DNA from: an uncultured Anaerolineaceae bacterium
Lineage (GTDB): Bacteria; Chloroflexota; Anaerolineae; Anaerolineales; Anaerolineaceae
Direction: 5' to 3'
Assembly: GCA_938020565.1 (NCBI GenBank)
Contig: CALIHP010000055.1
Span: 880 to 64,879, forward strand
Length of the DNA stretch: 64,000 nt
The position numbers and the translations under genes were made by a program. The notes under the pieces were generated by a model. It was not told the DNA's origin, did no database searches, and saw only the letters and a program-made list of their open reading frames with translations. Below are positions 56,876-64,000 of this stretch, one piece after another (the stretch's first letter is position 1; each line of letters opens with the position of its first letter).

Positions 56876-58540
56876 TTATTCGCTTCGATCAAGCGTCACT
56901 TCCGCCAGCACGCCCAGCTCCGCCAGCTTCCGTCGAATCCGATCGACGCCCTTCACGCGGATCGCCAGCGTCGTCGGATTCAGCCGGCTGACGATCCAGG
57001 GCGCGCAGTCGCGCGAAGCAACGAGCGCGCTGATCCGCTCCGGATCCGAATCGCTGACAAGGACCGCCGAATAAATCGCCGCCTCGGTTTCGTTCCTGTC
57101 CCAGCTCTCGATTGCGCTGAGAATCGTCCTCGGAAGCGCTGGCCCAACCGCGCGCCGGAGCGTCGCGCATAACGCCGGAAGCTTCAACCCGCTGCGCTTC
57201 GCCAGCCGGAGCGACCCCGGCGTCAGCCGCAGCTTCCAGCCATCCGCGCGGATCTCCTCCCAGTCGCAATACCGGGCTAAATGGTACCGGAGCGGAGCGG
57301 GGACCTTCGGACCAACGAGGACACGGCCGTCGATCCCGACCGACGGCGAATCGACCCGCCTGGAATTCGGTGGAAACGCCTCGCCATGAAGCCACCCCAG
57401 CATCCGCTTTCCGAAGGACGTCACCCGAAACGCAGTCACTTCTTCTGACCCGTCCGCCGAAGCCGCAAGATCAATGAATCCGAAATTATACAGCGGGCCA
57501 AGAAAATACGATTTGATCAGCTCACCCTCGACCGCGTCCCATCCTGTCGGATCGCTATGCGAAAGTCTGCGAATGAGGCGACTGGCGGGATCGAGAGGAT
57601 CCCTGAAAAAATTCAGCTCCGCCCCTCGCAGCAACGTAACGAAGCCGCGAAACCCGAGCCAAACGGAAGGATCAAGCCGATCCAGAATCGAAAAAATCCG
57701 GATTCGGAACGCTTTCCCGTCGCTGTGAAAAATCGGATCAAGGACGAAATGCTCCGCTAAAATCGCGTCATGATCCGACTGATCCTGAATCCACGCCCGG
57801 ACGAGCCGCGTCAGGCAGACCGCCGGATGCTGATTTAGAAAATTTTGAATCATCTCGCCATCCGCGTCGTCCTGACCGATAATCCCTTCCTGCCGGAGCG
57901 CACGCTCGGCTAAAGCGACCCGCTCCGAACCGTAAGCTCCAGCGATCATCGCCGTCGGCTTGCAAATCCGCGCTCCGGCAAGAACCAGGCAAACCATGTC
58001 GAAAAAATTCGTCGCAGCCAAGCGCTGAACCGCTGTTTCGCTATCAGAGGCAGGCCGGACGACCAGCTTCGCTTCCGGGTCCGGCCTCGGGAGCGCCGGC
58101 GCGTCGAAAAACGGGACCAGATCCGCCGGCATCGCATAAAACGCATCCAGCCCGGAAGCGTCTTCGCCGTACCCGGGGAAGATGAACCCATGATAAATCA
58201 TCCACTCGCTGACCGATTCCGGACTGCGCCAGGGCGCGTCGCGAAGAAAGCGGTCCGATCCCATCGCGCGCACCGAACCAAACATCGCGGCAAACCTGAC
58301 CGCTGAGAACCGCCCGTCCGCCCCGATCAACGCGCGCAGCGCCAAATCCGTTCCTGCCGGCGCTTGAGCGAGCTTTTCCCGAAGCGAATCCGAATTCAGG
58401 ATCCGCGGCACGATCAGGTCACAGATTTCGCTTCCGGTCAGCGTTCCGGCCGGATCGGAAATTCCCCAATTCTCAGCAATCGCCGTCAGCTGCTCCCGGT
58501 TCGTCCGACGCAGCTCTTCACGAAGCGTCCGCGGCGTCAT
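56876..58540 (-). CDS. Helicase-associated (XPB N-terminal-like) domain protein
   Basis: C-terminal RLTPGSLRLAKRSGL...LP pattern; no Walker motifs. Confidence 0.55.
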   Translation of the reverse strand: MTPRTLREELRRTNREQLTAIAENWGISDPAGTLTGSEICDLIVPRILNSDSLREKLAQAPAGTDLALRALIGADGRFSAVRFAAMFGSVRAMGSDRFLRDAPWRSPESVSEWMIYHGFIFPGYGEDASGLDAFYAMPADLVPFFDAPALPRPDPEAKLVVRPASDSETAVQRLAATNFFDMVCLVLAGARICKPTAMIAGAYGSERVALAERALRQEGIIGQDDADGEMIQNFLNQHPAVCLTRLVRAWIQDQSDHDAILAEHFVLDPIFHSDGKAFRIRIFSILDRLDPSVWLGFRGFVTLLRGAELNFFRDPLDPASRLIRRLSHSDPTGWDAVEGELIKSYFLGPLYNFGFIDLAASADGSEEVTAFRVTSFGKRMLGWLHGEAFPPNSRRVDSPSVGIDGRVLVGPKVPAPLRYHLARYCDWEEIRADGWKLRLTPGSLRLAKRSGLKLPALCATLRRAVGPALPRTILSAIESWDRNETEAAIYSAVLVSDSDPERISALVASRDCAPWIVSRLNPTTLAIRVKGVDRIRRKLAELGVLAEVTLDRSE

Positions 58541-61080
58541 CCTTCCTCCGGCAAAGCTAAAAAAAAGCCTGACGATTCAAAATGGAACGGAGATTCAGTA
58601 CCGACGCTATCAATCGTCATCACAGCGAAAGAATCGCCAACCGATTTTCCAGCCAGGATCACATCAGCCGGATCCGGTATCGGCTCAACCGTGCTCCGAC
58701 AATCCAAGGGAAATACCGCGGTTAAAACGCGCTCGTCCTCCGTCAGGACCATCCAGACCAGACGGGAATAAGCCGCGCCCCGCTTCGCCAAGGAAACGCC
58801 GTCTGCGTCTCCCTCCCCGGCCAGATATATGCGCGGATAAACCGCCATGCCGCGCAGGATCTCCAATCCGCCGCCGAGCGTCTCCGTAGATGAAACCAGT
58901 TCGTCAATCAGCGCGTTTTCCCGATGAATTTCGATCCATTCCTGAAATAATTCAGCCTGCTTCATGCGCCGCTTCGGAAGAAGCGCCGGAGAATCCAACG
59001 CAGGCAGCAATCCGGCGATGAAGACCGCCAGTCCAACGGCCCATACGGCAGCGGCCCGTTCCCGACGCGCCGCATGGAACATCCAGCGCATTCCCTCGGG
59101 CGACAGATCAGCCCTATCCCTCCCGAACGCAGCCACTGAAACCAACCGAAACGCCGATTCCGCTCCGAACGCGAATATCAGCAGTGCGAACCAATCGACC
59201 GGAAGAATAAAGCGGAAGCCGGAGGTCATCGCCGCCGAGCAGCTCAGCGCATAAGCCAGGAAAATCCCCGCTGGAACGATCGCCCGATAGCCGCATCGGC
59301 GGACCGCCCCGCCGATCCCCAGCGCGAGGACGATCGCGATGCATCCCCACTGCCACCCCCTTTTCGCCAACACCTCGCGGGACGATTCCCGGTACCAGAA
59401 ATTCGTAGAGTCGAAAAACCATTGTCCCGGCTCGCGAACCGCTTCGGTCCGCAGCGGCAATACGAGAATCGTCGACAGCAGATTATTCGCAAAATGGCCC
59501 GCGATTTCCACGCCGACCGCGCCCGGACGCCTCAGCGCGAGCCGAACGACCGAATCGCCCTGAGACTCCGGAATGCCGGCTGCGCGCGCGTAAAGGCGCG
59601 TCAGATACGCGCCCTCGCTCGCGGCAGGGGAAACCGTCGGATTTGGAAAAGCCGCCTGATAAACGAGCCAGGGAACGATAACAGCGGCGATAACGGCAAA
59701 GAACGCCGCGATCCGCAGCAGCTCCCGCCCCCGTTTCCGCTTCGGCAGGCCGTCCCGCCGAAACGCGCCATGAAGGAAAATCACGCCCAGAACCGGCGCA
59801 ATCAGGATCGACTGCGTTCGGACGAGAAATCCCATCCCGCAAGCGGTTCCCAGCAGAACAACGCTCGAAACCCGCGATGCGCCATGCAGATCCCAATCCT
59901 CCAGCCAGCGAATCGTCAGCTCAGCGATCCAAAGCAGAAGCAGCGCCATCGGCAGCTCGCTCATCAGCAATCGGCTGTTCGACACCTGGATCAGCGGCGT
60001 CAGCCGGATCGCGTAAGCCTCGCGGGCGGTCACCCAAACCGCCGCCAGCGCCCCGCCCCAGGGCATCCGCATCCGCCATCCCAAACGGAATATCATTGCC
60101 GGAATCAACGCCAGTACAACGATCTGTATATCGGTCAAATCCAGGTAATCAGTCCCGGTAAACTGATGCAGCACGGCTAAAAAGGCAACGTACAGCGGAC
60201 GGACAACCGTCATTCCATTCCGGAAACCGTTTCCAGTATATAAATTCAGCGCCAGTAAATCATAATTCTCAGCATCAGACGACGGGTAATAATTGAAATT
60301 CGGCGGTCGGAGCGCCGGAAGGAAATAACTCCGGCCTTCGAACGGAACGGCGCGCCAGACGATCGCTGCGCCAAGCCAAAGCAACGCGAAAACGACCCAG
60401 CTGCAAGTCGCGTCATGCGTTCGGATCCATAGCGCCGCCCGGCCGCCGCCGCGCGAAACCTCCGCCCAGATGATCCCCGCCAGCGCCAGCGTTAAAAGCG
60501 CTGTCCAAAGCGGGCCTTCTAACAGTGAAACGCCCTGCCGATAAAACGTTCCCGACAGGACCGTCAATCCAAGCCCTGTCCGCAGCGCGATCAGACGCAA
60601 TCCGACGACAAAAATAAACGTCAGCAATCCGGACATAATCGCCGGATTAAAAGAGCGCCAGCGCTGTTTTTCCGCTGCGGCTCGCGAGACGCGCCGCCCG
60701 AACGCGGAAAAAACGATCGATTGAACCGCGAAAAGCGTCAGGAAGATCAGCCATGGGGATATCCGGATATAAATTGCTTCAAAGTTAACTCCGCGCGCAT
60801 ACGGCGAGCGAAAAAAGGTCCAAACCGCCGCGCAGAGCCAGCCCAGCCATGCGCCAAGACGCCCGGCCCAGCGCGCCTCGAAATCCGACCGCCTTTTCTT
60901 CAGCCGCCAGACCGAAATAAAGCAGATGCCAACGAAGCCTGCCGCCAGAGCAAGCCGTACCCGGGAAAGGCCGAAAACGACGGAGCTCCCGGCCGCGGAA
61001 GGGACACGGAAAATTCCCGCGATCCCGAAAACTGCCTCGATCAGAACCAGAATCCAGAAGAAACCCCAAAGCCGTTTCAT
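58537..61080 (-). CDS. Polytopic membrane protein, GT-C glycosyltransferase-like
   Basis: SDAENYD, RPLY, LMSE and RFILP motifs; many TM helices. Confidence 0.55.
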   Translation of the reverse strand: MKRLWGFFWILVLIEAVFGIAGIFRVPSAAGSSVVFGLSRVRLALAAGFVGICFISVWRLKKRRSDFEARWAGRLGAWLGWLCAAVWTFFRSPYARGVNFEAIYIRISPWLIFLTLFAVQSIVFSAFGRRVSRAAAEKQRWRSFNPAIMSGLLTFIFVVGLRLIALRTGLGLTVLSGTFYRQGVSLLEGPLWTALLTLALAGIIWAEVSRGGGRAALWIRTHDATCSWVVFALLWLGAAIVWRAVPFEGRSYFLPALRPPNFNYYPSSDAENYDLLALNLYTGNGFRNGMTVVRPLYVAFLAVLHQFTGTDYLDLTDIQIVVLALIPAMIFRLGWRMRMPWGGALAAVWVTAREAYAIRLTPLIQVSNSRLLMSELPMALLLLWIAELTIRWLEDWDLHGASRVSSVVLLGTACGMGFLVRTQSILIAPVLGVIFLHGAFRRDGLPKRKRGRELLRIAAFFAVIAAVIVPWLVYQAAFPNPTVSPAASEGAYLTRLYARAAGIPESQGDSVVRLALRRPGAVGVEIAGHFANNLLSTILVLPLRTEAVREPGQWFFDSTNFWYRESSREVLAKRGWQWGCIAIVLALGIGGAVRRCGYRAIVPAGIFLAYALSCSAAMTSGFRFILPVDWFALLIFAFGAESAFRLVSVAAFGRDRADLSPEGMRWMFHAARRERAAAVWAVGLAVFIAGLLPALDSPALLPKRRMKQAELFQEWIEIHRENALIDELVSSTETLGGGLEILRGMAVYPRIYLAGEGDADGVSLAKRGAAYSRLVWMVLTEDERVLTAVFPLDCRSTVEPIPDPADVILAGKSVGDSFAVMTIDSVGTESPFHFESSGFFLALPEEG

Positions 61081-61170
61081 GCACTGAATTATAGTCGACT
61101 CGGGAAAAAGGATGCAATTAAAATAAACAGGCCCATTTTTTACCTGAATTTATATTTTATCGATATTATT

Positions 61171-63312
61171 TTATTTGTGTGCGTTTATCCCTTCGTCCGG
61201 TTCCGCCTGTTTCGCTTCGCGTCCATCCCAAAGCTGCACTTCGCTCAACCGCCAATCCGTCCCCGCTTCAGCTCCTTCGATCCGAACGTACCGCGCCTCG
61301 ACCGATCTAAAAAAAAACTCCGCATAGCTCGTATCCGTCAGCGTCACTGGCTGATACGCCCTGCCATCCATGGATGTCGAGATAACCACCGTCTCCGGAA
61401 CGCCATGCCGCTGGATAACCGTTCGCAGCGTCACACCGGATACAAGCCGGAGCTCGCCCAAGTCGATCAGCAGTGAAATTTTTTTCGCGTTCGCCGTTTC
61501 GTCGCAGCTCCATTCCGTCGTCCGGTCCCAATCCGTCAGGGCCGGAATCGCTTCCGCTTCCATATCCCCGCCGGAAACGGCCGATATCTTTTCGACCCCC
61601 AGATATTGGTTCGTGATCCGCCTGTAGATCCCCACGATCGGCAGCCTGTCCACCATGAACAGGTCAACCCGCTCGTAAGCCGGGAATTCGAAGTCAGACC
61701 GAAAGACGCGGCTTTTTCCTGACAGATTATATTCTTTCGAGGAATATCCAACAGCAAGATAATCCTTTTCCGAATAATCGTCGCTCCAATCCGCTAAATA
61801 AACTCTCCCTGCCTCACGCTCCGGAAATAACAGAATTGCAGGATTCAACTGAACGCCAATCGACGAAACGACAATTCGAGAAGCAGAATCCGACGCCAGG
61901 ATCTTTCCTAACGTCCGCCGTCCCGTAACGCTCCAATAATCGTTCTCGAAATCACCTCGCTGGCTTTCAGCGAGAAGACCGCCAAAGTAGACGTACTGAT
62001 ATGGATGAAAGCACAAATTCCACCCGGCGAGCCAGCCGATCCCCAGAACGACGATGGTCGCCGCAGCGGATCGGACCATCCGCCGATCCGTCCGAAGCAG
62101 CCAGTCCATGCATATAGCCGAGATATAAATAATCCATGGATACACGAAATAAAAATGACGCCATCCGTTATACAGCGTCGAATTCAATAGAATCGCGGAA
62201 AGAACCGGCAGTATCACCAGCGCTCCAGCGTACCCATCCATCAGCAGCAGCTCAAACGCGCTCTCGCGTTCGCGCCCGAGCATTAAGCGCCGCGGAAAAA
62301 TACCCGCCCCGATAACAAAGCTGACAACAATCAGGCACGGCGTCGTAATTCCAATCCAGACAGGCAGATAATGCCATGGAAGCGGCTTTGAAGTCAAAAC
62401 GGCCCCAAAATACAGTTCAAACAAAGGATGCGGATGCGCAGAGAAATATCGAAGCGTCTGAATCATTGCGCCAATCGGATCGCTCCAGGCGACCGGAGAA
62501 ATCAGGATCCAGCCCGCGCCATACACCAGGAACAAAATCATACAATCGAACAAAAAAGACCTGACCGGTCGGCGTTTCCGGATAGATTCAACAGCAAGGA
62601 CCGCAAAACCCAGCAGCAGCAAAACACCTCCGACGACCCGGGTATTCGTTGCAATCGCCGAGCAGAAAGCAAAGAGTCCCAGCGCGCTTTTCGAACCGGT
62701 TTCGATTCGAAGGAAGATAAAATAGCTCGCGATGATGGTACATGAAAGAAAGGGGATATCCTTGATATTATAAAATGCGTCAGCAAAAATCCGAGGACTG
62801 AGCCACAGAAATAAGACACCTGCCATCGCTATAAACGTCGATCTGAACCTGCGCCGAAGGATCAAAAAGAAAAAAATCAGCGCCGTGAAGAATTGCAGGA
62901 AGGTCCAAAAGTGCCGAAGCATGAAAATCCGCCGCCAACTGAACGAGAAACCAAAAATATATTCGATAATCGCCGTCGGCAATTGCACTGCAACGCCATA
63001 ATACCGGTCGCCCCATTGCAGAAGATCCTGAGCGGATTCAAGCTCAGCCGGCAGCGAAAGCGAAGGCGCAGCCGACCGTAGAATATATTTCAAATTCACC
63101 AAAGTCGTTCGCCGCTCCTGAACGTCGTCATATGGAATTCCGTAATCATCATACGCGATCAAACCAACAACCAGAATCAACAAAAACATGAAGCACGGCA
63201 AAACGCGCCCTGGCTGCCGGATGCACCGTTCCTGAAACGACTTAAAATTCATACTCATCGCCCAACTTTCATTTTTGTCCCTGAAATAATCCGAAACGGT
63301 TTCGGAACCCAT
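61171..63312 (-). CDS. GT-C (ArnT/PMT-like) glycosyltransferase with C-terminal discoidin-like domain
   Basis: DYGIPYDD, SPRIF..AFYNIKDIPF, PWHY and YNGWRH motifs; C-terminal IDLG...ARYVRI...LSEV. Confidence 0.7.
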   Translation of the reverse strand: MGSETVSDYFRDKNESWAMSMNFKSFQERCIRQPGRVLPCFMFLLILVVGLIAYDDYGIPYDDVQERRTTLVNLKYILRSAAPSLSLPAELESAQDLLQWGDRYYGVAVQLPTAIIEYIFGFSFSWRRIFMLRHFWTFLQFFTALIFFFLILRRRFRSTFIAMAGVLFLWLSPRIFADAFYNIKDIPFLSCTIIASYFIFLRIETGSKSALGLFAFCSAIATNTRVVGGVLLLLGFAVLAVESIRKRRPVRSFLFDCMILFLVYGAGWILISPVAWSDPIGAMIQTLRYFSAHPHPLFELYFGAVLTSKPLPWHYLPVWIGITTPCLIVVSFVIGAGIFPRRLMLGRERESAFELLLMDGYAGALVILPVLSAILLNSTLYNGWRHFYFVYPWIIYISAICMDWLLRTDRRMVRSAAATIVVLGIGWLAGWNLCFHPYQYVYFGGLLAESQRGDFENDYWSVTGRRTLGKILASDSASRIVVSSIGVQLNPAILLFPEREAGRVYLADWSDDYSEKDYLAVGYSSKEYNLSGKSRVFRSDFEFPAYERVDLFMVDRLPIVGIYRRITNQYLGVEKISAVSGGDMEAEAIPALTDWDRTTEWSCDETANAKKISLLIDLGELRLVSGVTLRTVIQRHGVPETVVISTSMDGRAYQPVTLTDTSYAEFFFRSVEARYVRIEGAEAGTDWRLSEVQLWDGREAKQAEPDEGINAHK

Positions 63313-63528
63313 GATTTCCTAATTATATACAACTTACAGCCATGACAGCCACACTTAAAAAGGACCTTCTCCGTCGCCGACAGCGATCAGCATACCAACG
63401 CAGGAATCCGAAAACATCCGGCGAACTTATGCTAAAATTTTTCAATGCAGTTACATCGCTTTCCAGAATTTATGGAAGCCTGAAAGAAAAAACGCGGGGA
63501 ATCCCCGCGTCAACCGAAAAGAGGCAGC

Positions 63529-64000
63529 ATGCAAACCTATTTCCTGTTCGTAATCATCCCTATGATCCTCGGATTCTGGGCGCAGTCCCGTATCCGCTCC
63601 GCCTACAGCAAATATTCCGCCGTCCCGACGCAGTACGGCATGAGCGGAGCGCAAGCGGCGCGCAAAATGCTGGATCAGGCGGGGCTCAAAACGTTCAGAT
63701 CGAGCGCGTCGAAGGAACCCTCACGGATCATTATGACCCGACGAAACGCGTTCTCAGGCTCAGTCAGGGCGTCTATGATTCCGCCAGCGTCGCTTCGGTC
63801 GGCGTCGCCTGCCATGAAGCGGGACACGCCTATCAGCATGCGGCTGCTTATCCATGGCTGACGCTCCGGTCGCGGATCGTCCCCGTCGTCGGAATCGGCT
63901 CAAATCTGGGGATTCTATTATTCATCGGCGGTCTCGCGCTTTCCTCGCTCGTCGGCAGCTTCGGGATCACGATCGCCTGGATCGGGATTATTCTTTTTTC
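63529..64000 (+). pseudogene. YugP-like neutral zinc metallopeptidase with a frameshift near 63690, running off the window
   Basis: MQTYFLF...SGAQAARKML continues in another frame as NVQIERVEGTLTDHYDP...HEAGHA. Confidence 0.75.

Noticed and set aside
1..64000. CRISPR arrays, tRNA/rRNA, transposases, prophage or defence systems
   Set aside because: No regularly spaced repeats, RNA gene signatures or corresponding protein motifs were seen by eye.

Overview
64 kb of GC-rich, gene-dense bacterial chromosome. The gene content and extended -10 promoters suggest an anaerobic Chloroflexi/Anaerolineae-like organism, which is inference only. There are about 50 CDS and no recognisable rRNA, tRNA, CRISPR array or transposase. 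Main finding: an inositol operon (iolG-iolB-iolD-iolE) lacks the canonical lower pathway (iolC/iolJ/iolA) and continues instead with an archaeal-type GAPDH, a divergent PGK, a split transketolase, a LacI regulator and a LarA-family racemase. The chemistry and stereochemistry fit a transketolase-dependent, ATP-yielding route from inositol to D-malate and then L-malate, which I do not recognise as described. Other notable items: an XRE + receptor Ser/Thr kinase + kinase-less paralog module; an Lsa/CplR-like ABC-F gene with a uORF attenuator; an MptD-type ECF operon with a three-NBD ECF-ATPase/ABC half-transporter fusion; an uncharacterised GntR/barrel/PTS-EIIC-like cluster; and a ParB-like/USP fusion. 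All calls come from reading motifs by eye; no searches were run.
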